A program made the translations under genes and the position numbers. The notes beneath the pieces were generated by a model that did no database searches, was not told the origin of the DNA, and saw only the letters and a list, made by a program, of their open reading frames with translations. DNA of 40,008 bases from Acholeplasmatales bacterium DTU056 (lineage in GTDB: Bacteria; Bacillota_I; Bacilli_A; ML615J-28; CAG-698): NCBI GenBank assembly GCA_001512985.1, contig LFRX01000031.1, positions 13,888 to 53,895 of the forward strand. The letters are read 5' to 3'. Position 1 is the stretch's first letter; each line of letters opens with the position of its first letter. Below are positions 1 through 10,211 of this stretch, piece by piece.

Positions 1-446
1 TTTTTTTGAAATATTTTTTTAAAAGCGTTTTTTGTTTTTAATATTATTTTTTTAAATAATTTTTTAAATGAAAAGAAAACCTCTTTGGGAAAAATAAAAT
101 TCCAAATTACTTTTATTATTTTGACCAAAATTTTCGAGAATATTAAATCAAATCGTTTTAAATCAACTAAAAAACTTTTTTGAATATATAATAAATAAAT
201 TATAATTCCCACAATGAAAAATAAAAACGTATATAACGGAATATAACCTTTTGTTACTCTTAACATAAAAAGCAAACTGATAATGATTATAACAACCCAG
301 TATATTGCTTCAACTAAGTAGTAAATTAATTTTCGAATAACTAGTTTATTTAAATAATAATTTAATATATCATAACTAATGATTAAAAACATTCCATATA
401 GTATAAAGTATATAATCATTACCAACTGTTCATAGAATGTGTACAT
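1..446 (-). CDS. yabQ: YabQ-like spore cortex membrane protein; C-terminal part cut off by the left window edge
   Basis: This ORF is absent from the ORF track because no stop is reached. Hand translation from the ATG at 446..444 (MYTFYEQLVMIIYFILYGMFLIISYDILNYYLNKLVIRKLIYYLVEAIYWVVIIIISLLFMLRVTKGYIPLYTFLFFIVGIIIYLLY...KKLFKKIILKTKNAFKKIFQK) stays open down to position 3. It has hydrophobic helices followed by a K-rich tail. Its start overlaps the yabP stop (TGATG), and the yabP-yabQ order matches Bacillus subtilis. Confidence 0.6.
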   Translation of the reverse strand, partial: MYTFYEQLVMIIYFILYGMFLIISYDILNYYLNKLVIRKLIYYLVEAIYWVVIIIISLLFMLRVTKGYIPLYTFLFFIVGIIIYLLYIQKSFLVDLKRFDLIFSKILVKIIKVIWNFIFPKEVFFSFKKLFKKIILKTKNAFKKIFQK

Positions 447-736
447 CATTTGAACAACTTACTCACAAAACTTTTATTTTTTTTAGTCTTGGCGGATTCT
501 TGATATTCAATTAGATAAACATCGCCAATTATTGATAAAATCCCTTTTTCAATATCTAATTGTTTCATTTCTAAATTATATCCTCTAACAATCATAAACC
601 CTAAAACAGTATCTACAATAAACTCTTCTTGATTAAGACTTATTAACTTTTTAACACCTGTAATTTCTAAATCTTTACGGTTTTTTAAAGAAATATCTTG
701 ACTAGATATACTTTCTATTTTGGGATTATAATTCAT
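446..736 (-). CDS. yabP: Sporulation protein YabP
   Basis: The 96-aa product has the YabP/YqfC pattern: ...LEITGVKKLISLNQEEFIVDTVLGFMIVRGYNLEMKQLDIEKGILSIIGDV...FVSKLFK. This closely recalls B. subtilis YabP, including the C-terminal SKLFK. A GAGGTGA SD lies upstream. Confidence 0.85.
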   Translation of the reverse strand: MNYNPKIESISSQDISLKNRKDLEITGVKKLISLNQEEFIVDTVLGFMIVRGYNLEMKQLDIEKGILSIIGDVYLIEYQESAKTKKNKSFVSKLFK

Positions 737-754
737 TCATTTTCACCTCATAGA

Positions 755-783
755 AGTATATGCTAGTCTATTTTAAGTTATGA
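755..783 (-). promoter_or_regulatory. Possible sigma-E-type (mother-cell) promoter upstream of yabP
   Basis: The minus strand reads TCATAAC-14 nt-CATATACT. The Bacillus sigma-E consensus, as I recall it, is ZHATAXX-14-CATACAHT. There is one mismatch in each element. The predicted transcription start would fall very close to the SD, which lowers confidence. Confidence 0.3.
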
Positions 784-785
784 AG

Positions 786-1307
786 TTATTTTAAAAGATT
801 TTCAAATTCATCTAATAATTTATCATATTCAATTACTTTTAATCCATGTGGTAAGTCTTTGCTTGTTACTGGTTTTAATTCATTCTCATTAATATACATT
901 AAGATGTTTTCAGTTTTCTTATATAAAATTACAACTTTTCGATCATTTGGATTTTCTAATTTCAAATGCAAAAAACTGGATAATTCATTTAAAAACCGAT
1001 TGTTCGGATAACTTCTTCCTTTATTTTTTGATGATCCTCCCCAGAAGAGTTGCCAAGTGCGATAACTATTTATTACAATTTGAGAATTAGATGGAATATA
1101 AAGAGAAGTAATATATAAGTTATATCGAGGAGAAATTAATATATACGAATAAGGTTTTTTGCTTACTTTTCTTAATTCATAATTATTTTGTTTAGCAATT
1201 TCCATAAGGGTTTGATAGACGTTTTTGGTTGCTTTACTATAATGATATGATGGGTAAACAAAGACTACCAATAATACTATTAAAATAGCTATAATTATAA
1301 ATTCCAT
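786..1307 (-). CDS. Hypothetical N-terminally membrane-anchored protein
   Basis: The ORF track starts at 1343. However, the ATG at 1307 (MEFIIIAILIVLLVVFVY...) has an AGGTGA SD 5 nt upstream, and the putative promoter lies at 1334..1362. The protein has a single N-terminal TM helix. There is only a weak NERD-like residue pattern, without the catalytic residues. Confidence 0.6.
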   Translation of the reverse strand: MEFIIIAILIVLLVVFVYPSYHYSKATKNVYQTLMEIAKQNNYELRKVSKKPYSYILISPRYNLYITSLYIPSNSQIVINSYRTWQLFWGGSSKNKGRSYPNNRFLNELSSFLHLKLENPNDRKVVILYKKTENILMYINENELKPVTSKDLPHGLKVIEYDKLLDEFENLLK

Positions 1308-1333
1308 AATATCACCTAAAATTTCTATATGAT

Positions 1334-1362
1334 AGTATATCATTTTTTAATAAATAAAACAA
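1334..1362 (-). promoter_or_regulatory. Sigma-A-like promoter for the 786..1307 gene
   Basis: The minus strand reads TTGTTT-17 nt (ending TGa)-TATACT. Confidence 0.45.
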
Positions 1363-1400
1363 ATATTATTTTTCTTTTGAATACTAAAACACATTGGTTA

Positions 1401-1409
1401 TGATATAAT
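1401..1409 (+). promoter_or_regulatory. Extended -10 element (TGATATAAT) upstream of the SGNH hydrolase gene
   Basis: A TGnTATAAT motif lies 20 nt upstream of the GGAGG SD. No good -35 element is present. Confidence 0.4.
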
Positions 1410-1428
1410 TATTAAAACGGAGGAAATT

Positions 1429-2121
1429 ATGAAAGAATTTTTAATCATTTTATTTGTTTTAACCACAGTAATATCGGTGGGGATTATAATTTATTTAGTT
1501 CGATATATCACTATCATGCCCAAATTGTATTATATCGAACACGTTTCAACATATGGTCCAAATCCTAGAAACCATGGAAAAATTATTTTTATTGGTGATT
1601 CCGAAACAGAGTTTTATAAAACAAGCATTTATTTTAATGACTACCCAGTGTTAAATATGGGGATTGCAGGGGACACGACTGATGGAGTTTTGAAAAGATT
1701 GCATCAAAATGTAATTTTAAACAAGCCAAAAAAAGTATTTTTGCAAATAGGTACTAACGACTTTGGTAAACGCAAGAAAAAAGAATATATTTTAAATAAT
1801 ATTTTTAAAATTGTTCAAATTATCAATAAAGAACTACCTGAGACTAAGGTTTATGTTATTAGTATTTATCCAGTAAATTCGAGAGTATATAATTTTAGTA
1901 AGTTCGTTGTATGGCGTAGAAAAAATAAGGATATTGAATATATTAACAATCAATTATCATTAAATCCAATAGGTGCTAAATATACTTATATTGATATCGC
2001 AAAAAGATTGAAAAACAGTTTAGGTGATTTAGCCAAACAATATACTGTCGAAGGCTTACATTTAAATAGCAATGCATATAATTTGGTTAGTGAGATTTTA
2101 TTGCCATATATTAAAGAATGA
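1429..2121 (+). CDS. SGNH/GDSL-family hydrolase with N-terminal TM anchor
   Basis: The four SGNH blocks are present: block I FIGDSETE, block II GIAGDTT, block III GTNDF and block V EGLHLN. There is an N-terminal hydrophobic helix and a GGAGG SD. Confidence 0.85.
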   Translation: MKEFLIILFVLTTVISVGIIIYLVRYITIMPKLYYIEHVSTYGPNPRNHGKIIFIGDSETEFYKTSIYFNDYPVLNMGIAGDTTDGVLKRLHQNVILNKPKKVFLQIGTNDFGKRKKKEYILNNIFKIVQIINKELPETKVYVISIYPVNSRVYNFSKFVVWRRKNKDIEYINNQLSLNPIGAKYTYIDIAKRLKNSLGDLAKQYTVEGLHLNSNAYNLVSEILLPYIKE

Positions 2122-2132
2122 AAATCCTTTTC

Positions 2133-2160
2133 TTGAATTTTTTTGATATTATGGTATAAT
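2133..2160 (+). promoter_or_regulatory. Sigma-A-like promoter of lysS
   Basis: TTGAAT-16 nt-TGgTATAAT. Confidence 0.55.
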
Positions 2161-2166
2161 AGTTGA

Positions 2167-3677
<1,511 letters not shown>

Positions 3678-3678
<1 letters not shown>

Positions 3679-4223
3679 TGATTATTTTTAAGTATATTCT
3701 TTTCTATATTACCTTAGGAATAATCCTAAGCATTGACGCCTTTATGGCTTGTATGGCTTATGGGCTAAGCCATCAAAAAAAATATTTCCTAATATTGACC
3801 CCACTAGCAGTAGGAACTTGTCATATTTTATTTCCTATGCTGGCTATTACATTGTACAATCAATTACATGTGGACAATTATGGTATTGGAAAATATTTAT
3901 CCAGTACCATTTTTGTTTTCCTTGGACTAGCTAATTTATCAAAAGAAAATTCCCAAAAAGCAAATCCAATATTTTCCCTTATCGGTGTTTTACTTTTAGC
4001 TGCTGCGGTAAGTATTGATAGTTTCTTTGTTGGAATTAGTATATGCATTCATAAATATTCATTAATCGGGTGTTTTATATTTGGAATTGTTAGTTTTCTA
4101 TCTACTATCTTATCACTTTCATTAGCCAAATTCCTCTACCAAAAGGTTAACACTGATTTTGATATAATCGTTGGTTTGTTATTTATTATTTTTGGAATAT
4201 TAATATTCTTTGATATTATTTAA
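3678..4223 (+). CDS. DUF204 family membrane protein (MntP manganese exporter / sporulation YtaF family)
   Basis: It is a polytopic membrane protein with the duplicated family motif LSIDAFMAC... and ...VSIDSFFVGIS. Its start overlaps the lysS stop (TAATG). Confidence 0.8.
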
Positions 4224-4224
4224 T

Positions 4225-4256
4225 AAAAAAAAGCATCAAGTGATGCTTTTTATTTT
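4225..4256. terminator. Bidirectional rho-independent terminator between convergent genes
   Basis: The hairpin aaaagcatca/tgatgctttt is preceded by an A-run and followed by a T-run. It overlaps the stop of the minus-strand gene. Confidence 0.7.
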
Positions 4257-4789
4257 TCTATCATTAATTCTTCATATATACGATCAAATACTTCTAACAT
4301 TGTTAAAACTTTTGAGTCACCGAAATAAGCGTCTAATTTATCATTATATTGTTCTAAAACCTCAATTTTATATGGCTTTTTACTATTAAGATACTGATCA
4401 CATTCTTCTAAAATTTCATCTAGGATTTGGCGATTTTCATCAGTTAATTGTTTATTATCAATTAGACTATTCTTAACATCTTCAAGATATAAAATATAAT
4501 TAATTAATGATTCATATTGTCTAAACAAAATGTAATCTCGATTAAAGTATTTTTCATAATATAATTTTACTTCTTCAAGAGTATCAAATAAATATGAATA
4601 TGCTATTTCAAAAATTTCTTCTAAAACAGCATCAACTTTTTTTTCTTGAATGTATACTTTATCAATATGCTCTAAAATTCTAAAAACATCCGCAATTCTC
4701 TGATAAATAGCCGATTTATTTTTCTTCAGAAGATTAATAAAATCTTTATTATCAGATAACCATGATTTATAATCATTTAAAATTTCCAT
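4250..4789 (-). CDS. Hypothetical all-helical acidic protein (179 aa), downstream of glpK
   Basis: The track ORF (to 4945) overlaps glpK by 146 nt. The internal ATG at 4789 (MEILNDYKSW...) has a GAGGGA SD and lies 11 nt after the glpK stop. I recognise no family. Confidence 0.65.
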   Translation of the reverse strand: MEILNDYKSWLSDNKDFINLLKKNKSAIYQRIADVFRILEHIDKVYIQEKKVDAVLEEIFEIAYSYLFDTLEEVKLYYEKYFNRDYILFRQYESLINYILYLEDVKNSLIDNKQLTDENRQILDEILEECDQYLNSKKPYKIEVLEQYNDKLDAYFGDSKVLTMLEVFDRIYEELMIEK

Positions 4790-4799
4790 AATAATCCCT

Positions 4800-6287
4800 C
4801 TAATCAATTTTAAACATCTTCGTACAAGCCACTGCTTTTTTATAATTGTTAAGTAATTTTGCGCTTTCGTGTTGATCCATTTTGGGAGTAAAGATTTTAT
4901 CAATGTTATGCTTTTGACAAATATCACTAAAACTATCCCATACACCTACATTAAGTCCGGCTAAATATGCAGCACCTAAAGCAGTTGATTCAATGACCTG
5001 TGGACGAATGACTTCTATTCGTAAAATATCACTTTGGAATTGAAGTAATAGATTGTTTTGACTAGCACCGCCATCAACACGTAGACTTTTAATTGGAATT
5101 TTACTATCTAATGTCATAACATCAAGAACTTCTTTAGTTTGATAGCAAATCGCTTCTAAAACTGCTCTAGTTAAATGGTTTTTAGTTGTATTATGACTTA
5201 GTCCTAAAAAAGCCCCACGAACCTCACTATCCCAATGTGGCGTACCTAATCCTACTAAAGCCGGGACGAAATATACTCCGCCATTATCTTTCACTGATGT
5301 AGCCATTTCCTCAGTTTGACTAGATTTTTCGAAAAGTTGAATTTGGTCACGTAACCAAGTCACAGCACTTCCCGCAACAAATATACTTCCTTCTAATGCA
5401 TAACTTACCTTATCGTTAATTCCCCAAGCAATAGTTGTTAAAAGTCCACTACTTGAATGAACAATCTTATCGCCAGTATTCATTAACATAAAACAACCCG
5501 TGCCATAGGTATTTTTAACTTCGCCTTCATTAAAGCAAGTTTGTCCAAATAAAGCCGCTTGTTGGTCTCCAGCAACTCCTGTAATTGGAATATTTTCTCC
5601 CAATGCAGTGGCATATCCATAGTGATAACTTGATGGATAAACTTTCGGAAGAATTGATTTTGGAATATCTAATATTTGTAATAATTCATCATCAAAGCAT
5701 AAATCATAAATGTTAAAAATTAAGGTTCGACTTGCATTAGAATAATCAGTAGCATGTACTTTTCCTTCAGTTAATCTCCATATTAGCCAAGTATCAATTG
5801 TTCCACACAATAATCTTTCTTGTTTAGCTAATTCCCTCGCCCCTTCTATATTATCCAAAATCCATTTTATTTTGGTTCCACTAAAATATGGATCTAATAC
5901 TAATCCGGTTTTTTTACGAAAAACTGGTTCATAATGATTATTTTTTAACCATCGACAAATATCCTCGCTTTGGCGTGATTGCCAACAAATTGCTTTGTAA
6001 ATTGGTTTGGCTGTTTCTTTATCCCACATAACTACTGTTTCTCGTTGATTAGTAATCCCAATAGCACTTATATCACTTAATTTTAAATTAGCCTTGGCAA
6101 CAGCATCAAATATAACTTTAATTACGGAATCATAGATCTCTTCTGGATCTTGTAATACCCATGATGGTTCAGGGTAATACTGTTTAAACTCTTGTTGACT
6201 AATACTTACGATTTGTGATAAATCGTTAAATATAATTGCTCGGGATGAGGTAGTCCCTTGATCTATAGCTAAAACATATTTTCTCAT
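4800..6287 (-). CDS. glpK: Glycerol kinase
   Basis: The 495-aa product has FGGY kinase signatures ([10 protein letters not shown]..., [13 protein letters not shown], ...DGGASQNN...). Confidence 0.97.
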   Translation of the reverse strand: MRKYVLAIDQGTTSSRAIIFNDLSQIVSISQQEFKQYYPEPSWVLQDPEEIYDSVIKVIFDAVAKANLKLSDISAIGITNQRETVVMWDKETAKPIYKAICWQSRQSEDICRWLKNNHYEPVFRKKTGLVLDPYFSGTKIKWILDNIEGARELAKQERLLCGTIDTWLIWRLTEGKVHATDYSNASRTLIFNIYDLCFDDELLQILDIPKSILPKVYPSSYHYGYATALGENIPITGVAGDQQAALFGQTCFNEGEVKNTYGTGCFMLMNTGDKIVHSSSGLLTTIAWGINDKVSYALEGSIFVAGSAVTWLRDQIQLFEKSSQTEEMATSVKDNGGVYFVPALVGLGTPHWDSEVRGAFLGLSHNTTKNHLTRAVLEAICYQTKEVLDVMTLDSKIPIKSLRVDGGASQNNLLLQFQSDILRIEVIRPQVIESTALGAAYLAGLNVGVWDSFSDICQKHNIDKIFTPKMDQHESAKLLNNYKKAVACTKMFKID

Positions 6288-6293
6288 CTTTAA

Positions 6294-6851
6294 TCACTTT
6301 TCTTTATATAGTACTTTATATTTGACTTTACCACGGCGGGTTTTTGGCATTTGATTTTTAGCCAACTTACGAAATCCTTCCAAATTGCCTTCTATAATAT
6401 CCTCTTTAATAATTAAAAAGCCCGTATTATTTTTGGTATATATATAAATATATTCTTTATTTTCATATATTGATTCAATTTGATCCCACCCAATTACTTC
6501 ACGCCCAGGAACATTTTGAATTCTACGAACAATTAAATCTTTAGTAACTTCAACTACTTCAATACTATCTTTTCTCTTATCCGTTTCTTCTTTGATAGTT
6601 TTTTTAATACGCAAAAACATTTGTAATATTGTAAAAATTATAGTAAAGAATACTAATGACCAAATAAAAAAAATTGATGAATATTTTCCAGTTTGGATAG
6701 CTGTTTTGGTCATAAATGATCCTAATATGATTAGTGTAGTAATTAAAAATAAAGTAAAGTAAGTTGAACTAGACTTATAAAATAAATGAAATAAGTAGAA
6801 TTTTCGATGGGCTATTGGGCTATATTTCCCTTTTGCAATTAGTTTGTCCAT
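6294..6851 (-). CDS. YcxB-like membrane protein (two TM helices plus a C-terminal bPH-like domain)
   Basis: An AAGGAGG SD lies 8 nt before the ATG. The protein has two hydrophobic helices followed by ...GWDQIESIYENKEYIYIYTKNNTGFLIIKEDI..., which is typical of YcxB-type domains. The stop is 6 nt before the glpK start, so the two genes are probably co-transcribed. Confidence 0.6.
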   Translation of the reverse strand: MDKLIAKGKYSPIAHRKFYLFHLFYKSSSTYFTLFLITTLIILGSFMTKTAIQTGKYSSIFFIWSLVFFTIIFTILQMFLRIKKTIKEETDKRKDSIEVVEVTKDLIVRRIQNVPGREVIGWDQIESIYENKEYIYIYTKNNTGFLIIKEDIIEGNLEGFRKLAKNQMPKTRRGKVKYKVLYKEK

Positions 6852-6873
6852 CTAAATAACCTCCTTAGATTTT

Positions 6874-6902
6874 ATTGTATCATATTTTTATTGTAAAGTT
6901 AA
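6874..6902 (-). promoter_or_regulatory. Sigma-A-like promoter of the ycxB-like/glpK operon
   Basis: The minus strand reads TTAACT-17 nt (ending TGa)-TACAAT. Confidence 0.4.
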
Positions 6903-6955
6903 TAAGTAAAATAATTTACTTTTAGTTGATATAACTTTATTACTTTCAAAAAGAG

Positions 6956-6964
6956 TGGTATAAT
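6956..6964 (+). promoter_or_regulatory. Extended -10 element (TGGTATAAT) upstream of hslO
   Basis: A TGnTATAAT motif lies about 18 nt upstream of the hslO ATG (about 8 nt from the GAGGTGA SD). Confidence 0.4.
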
Positions 6965-6982
6965 AACCAATGAGGTGAAAAA

Positions 6983-7855
6983 ATGGATTACTTAATAAAA
7001 GGCCTGGCATTAGATAATAACATCCGGGTATATATTGCCAATACAACTGATACTATTAATGAACTTAAGAAACGCCATGACTTATGGCCAGGAGCTTTAT
7101 CAGTACTTGGTAAAACACTGACTATAACTTCTATTATGGGTGGAATGTTAAAAGAAAATCATCGCGTTTCCGTAGCGATTAAAACAAATGGACAAGTCGG
7201 AAATGTATATGCGGATGCGTATTTTGATGGGCGAATTCGAGGTTATTTACAAAACCCTCATGTAAATTTTATAAACCATCAAGATAATACATTAGATGAC
7301 CGTTTTTCTTTAGGTTCAGAAGGAATTATCCAAGTTATTAAAGATTTGAACTTAAAGGCAATGTTTACTTCTCAAGTTCCTTTGACCTATTTTGATTTAG
7401 CCAAAGACTTTGCGTATTACTTTAATACAAGTGAACAAACCCCATCAGCAGTCAGTGTCGGGGTTTTAGTTGGTGAAGATAATTCCGCCATTGCTAGCGG
7501 TGGATTTGTTATACAACTTATGCCACAAACACCAGAATATATCATCGACTTTTTAGAAGATCGAATTAATGAACTTCCACCAATGTCAAAATTATTAAAC
7601 ACTCATCAAAATCTCGAAGACATTTTGACTACAATTTTCGGATCAAATTATCAGATTATTGAAAAACTTCCTTTAAAATTTACTTGCTCTTGCTCTAAAG
7701 AACGTTTTGCCAATGGAATCGTTTCTTTAGGTAAAGAAGAAATTACCCAAATAATTGAAGAGCAAGGAGATATTGAAACTGTGTGTCATTACTGCCGTGA
7801 AAAATATTATTTCAATAAGGATGAACTTTTAGATCTTTTAAATAAAAGCAAATAA
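6983..7855 (+). CDS. hslO: Hsp33 redox-regulated chaperone
   Basis: The 290-aa product has the C-terminal zinc centre CSCS...(30 aa)...CHYC, characteristic of Hsp33. Confidence 0.95.
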   Translation: MDYLIKGLALDNNIRVYIANTTDTINELKKRHDLWPGALSVLGKTLTITSIMGGMLKENHRVSVAIKTNGQVGNVYADAYFDGRIRGYLQNPHVNFINHQDNTLDDRFSLGSEGIIQVIKDLNLKAMFTSQVPLTYFDLAKDFAYYFNTSEQTPSAVSVGVLVGEDNSAIASGGFVIQLMPQTPEYIIDFLEDRINELPPMSKLLNTHQNLEDILTTIFGSNYQIIEKLPLKFTCSCSKERFANGIVSLGKEEITQIIEEQGDIETVCHYCREKYYFNKDELLDLLNKSK

Positions 7856-7879
7856 AATAGTAAGAAAGGAAGTACAAAT

Positions 7880-8905
7880 ATGGAACAAACTTTAAATTTT
7901 ATTTTAGAACAAGCTAAAAAAATCTTAGATATCGATAGTCCAAGTGGATATACTGATAAAGCGATTGAATATTTAGAGAATTTTTGTAAAGACAATAATT
8001 TATCTTATGAAAAAAATAAAAAGGGGAATTTAATTGTAACCATTCCAGGAAAAACCAACTATGTCATTGGTCTTTCAGCGCATGTCGATACTCTAGGTGC
8101 AATTGTCCGTTCTATAAATGGTGATGGAACTTTACGATTTAGTGTTATTGGCGGACCATTATTACCAACATTAGATGGTGAATATTGTAAAATTTACACT
8201 CGTGATAATAAAGTTTACACTGGAACTTTTTTATCTAATGCTCCATCAGCCCATGTTCATGAATCTGCCCGTTCATTAACTCGTGATGAAAAAAATATGC
8301 ATATTCGTATTGATGCTATAACCAAATCAAAACAGGACACATTGGCCTTAGGAATTGAAACAGGAAACTTTATTGCTATTGATCCAAAAACAACTATTAC
8401 TCAAGAAGGATTTATCAAATCACGATTTTTAGATGATAAAATCAGTGTTGCAATCTTGCTTGGTTTAATTAATTATATTAAACAACATAATCTTGAGATC
8501 ATTCCAACCTTAAAAATAATCTTTTCGACATACGAAGAAGTTGGTCATGGTGCATCACATATTCCAGAAGTCGACGAGTTGATTGCGGTAGATATGGGAT
8601 GTATTGGCGAAGATTTAAATTGTACTGAACAAGACGTTTCGATTTGTGTTAAAGATTCTTCAGGGCCATACGATTATAAAATGGTTAATAAACTTATTCA
8701 ATTAGCCAAAGAAAATAATCTTAATTATGCGGTCGATGTATATCCATTCTATGGTTCCGATGTTAGTGCCGCCTTACGCGGTGGAAATAATATCAAAGGG
8801 GCGTTGATTGGTCCAGGAGTTCACGCATCCCACGGTATGGAACGTACCCACATTAAAGCAGTTGAAAACACATTAAAATTATTAATTGCTTATATAAAAG
8901 AATAG
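7880..8905 (+). CDS. M42 family metallo-aminopeptidase (YsdC/PepA/FrvX-like)
   Basis: The 341-aa product shows GLSAHVDTLG, FLDDK, and EEVGHGAS metal-ligand blocks, then ...GPGVHASHGMERTH near the C-terminus. Confidence 0.9.
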   Translation: MEQTLNFILEQAKKILDIDSPSGYTDKAIEYLENFCKDNNLSYEKNKKGNLIVTIPGKTNYVIGLSAHVDTLGAIVRSINGDGTLRFSVIGGPLLPTLDGEYCKIYTRDNKVYTGTFLSNAPSAHVHESARSLTRDEKNMHIRIDAITKSKQDTLALGIETGNFIAIDPKTTITQEGFIKSRFLDDKISVAILLGLINYIKQHNLEIIPTLKIIFSTYEEVGHGASHIPEVDELIAVDMGCIGEDLNCTEQDVSICVKDSSGPYDYKMVNKLIQLAKENNLNYAVDVYPFYGSDVSAALRGGNNIKGALIGPGVHASHGMERTHIKAVENTLKLLIAYIKE

Positions 8906-8920
8906 TTTATAATCAAATAA

Positions 8921-8958
8921 AAAAGTTGGAGATTTAATTATAAATCTCCAACTTTTTT
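8921..8958 (+). terminator. Rho-independent terminator after the M42 peptidase gene (probably bidirectional)
   Basis: The stem is 13 bp (agttggagattta/taaatctccaact) with a 4-nt loop and a T6 tail. An A-run on the other side could serve the convergent 9030..9401 gene. Confidence 0.8.
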
Positions 8959-9029
8959 ATTAAATACATTTATAATTTGCTATTTAGATTTGATTGTTTT
9001 AATATTTAGAAAAGATTAATCTTGTTTTT

Positions 9030-9401
9030 CTATACTATTTTAATCTCTTTTTTATAAAACTGATCAATAATTTTTTTGCTTTTTTTGGTACGTTCAAAAG
9101 TAACGAAAACTTCTTCCTCATCAATAGTTATACCTGTTAGGGTATAATAACTTATTATTTTTTGCTTATTATATAATATTTCAATATTTTCTAAAGAAAA
9201 TTTATAAATTGTTTTGTTAAATTTTTTTACCTCTACAAAAAAATCATTAAATTTGACTATATATAATCTTTTTATTATAAAAAACAACATAATAATTAAG
9301 CTTAATATATATATGATTAAAGGTATAGATGGAGAATCTCTACCATTTAAATAAGCAGTACCATTATCAAGTATGCATAATGAAATCATTCCAATTAACA
9401 A
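9030..9401 (-). CDS. Hypothetical small membrane protein
   Basis: The track start is a TTG. The frame stays open upstream to a GAGAGGAG SD (9455..9447). An ATT at 9440 is at ideal spacing from that SD, so the true start is uncertain. There are two predicted TM helices. Confidence 0.5.
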   Translation of the reverse strand: MLIGMISLCILDNGTAYLNGRDSPSIPLIIYILSLIIMLFFIIKRLYIVKFNDFFVEVKKFNKTIYKFSLENIEILYNKQKIISYYTLTGITIDEEEVFVTFERTKKSKKIIDQFYKKEIKIV

Positions 9402-9540
9402 TAAAAAACTACTTGGATAAGATATAAAACTTTTTTTAATTCGAATCTCCTCTCTGATTTTGATATACGATTAGTTATTATAATGAATCCTGGGTTTTCC
9501 TTTTTTCTAAAGAATATTTACTATAGAGAATTATATATAA

Positions 9541-10104
9541 CTATTGTTGGTTGATTATTTTCTTTAATTCCTGGTTTAACCGACATAGTGGTAGACCAAC
9601 GACCGTATAATAATCGCCATTAATACGAGAGATGTATTTACTGAAGATGCCTTGAATTGCATACCCTCCCGCTTTATCATATGGTTCAGGTGTATTAATG
9701 TAGCCTTGAATTTCTTCTTCAGTCATTTGAATAACTTCTACTTCAGTACTTTCAGTAATTATTTTGTAATTATTTTGATATACAATGCTTACCGACGTAA
9801 CGACTAAATGCGTTCTACCTGATAATAAAGAAATCATTTTGTATGCTTCTTCTTTATTATGTGGTTTACCTAAAATTTTATTTTCACAAACAACAATAGT
9901 ATCAGCACAAATAACTATATCGTTTGGAAAGTCGTTTTTTGCAAATTGTGCCTTTTTTAATACTGTCTTTTCTACAAAATCCACATAGGAATCATATGAA
10001 TCAATAGTTTCATCAACATTAATATTGTATGTAATAAAATCATATCCTAATTTGCTTAATAACTCTTTTCTTCGTGGTGATTTTGATGCAAGAATTATTC
10101 TCAT
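9541..10104 (-). CDS. maf: Maf-like nucleoside triphosphate pyrophosphatase
   Basis: MRIILASKSPRRKELL... and ...DKAGGYAIQG... are Maf hallmarks. The start is set at 10104 (AAAGGA SD), because the track's 21-aa N-terminal extension covers a consensus promoter. Confidence 0.9.
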   Translation of the reverse strand: MRIILASKSPRRKELLSKLGYDFITYNINVDETIDSYDSYVDFVEKTVLKKAQFAKNDFPNDIVICADTIVVCENKILGKPHNKEEAYKMISLLSGRTHLVVTSVSIVYQNNYKIITESTEVEVIQMTEEEIQGYINTPEPYDKAGGYAIQGIFSKYISRINGDYYTVVGLPLCRLNQELKKIINQQ

Positions 10105-10138
10105 AGTAAAATCCTTTCTATCCTTTCCCATATGTTTC

Positions 10139-10167
10139 ATTATAAAAAAACTCTTATTCTTTGTCAA
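10139..10167 (-). promoter_or_regulatory. Consensus sigma-A promoter of maf
   Basis: The minus strand reads TTGACA-17 nt-TATAAT exactly. Confidence 0.65.
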
Positions 10168-10172
10168 TGATG

Positions 10173-10211
10173 AAAATAAAAAAGGATTATATTGTATCTA
10201 AATATAATCCT
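10173..10211 (-). terminator. Rho-independent terminator of the GH4-kinase operon
   Basis: The stem is 11 bp (aggattatatt/aatataatcct) with a 7-nt loop, followed on the minus strand by TTTTTATTTT. It overlaps the kinase stop codon. Confidence 0.75.

Noticed and set aside
786-1307. A NERD (nuclease-related domain) assignment for the membrane-anchored protein upstream of yabP.
   Set aside because: Only a loose pattern is shared: a hydrophobic strand, then W, then a basic patch, then a conserved spacing. The acidic and lysine catalytic positions are not present. It is kept as hypothetical.
4790-4945. A 52-codon N-terminal extension of the 4250..4945 ORF overlapping the 3' end of glpK.
   Set aside because: The extension overlaps glpK by 146 nt in another frame and has no SD. 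An internal ATG at 4789 has a GAGGGA SD just after the glpK stop.
10105-10167. A 21-codon N-terminal extension of maf (MTKNKSFFIMKHMGKDRKDFT).
   Set aside because: It covers a perfect TTGACA-17-TATAAT promoter. The Maf family N-terminus (MRIILASKSPRR) starts at 10104 with its own SD.
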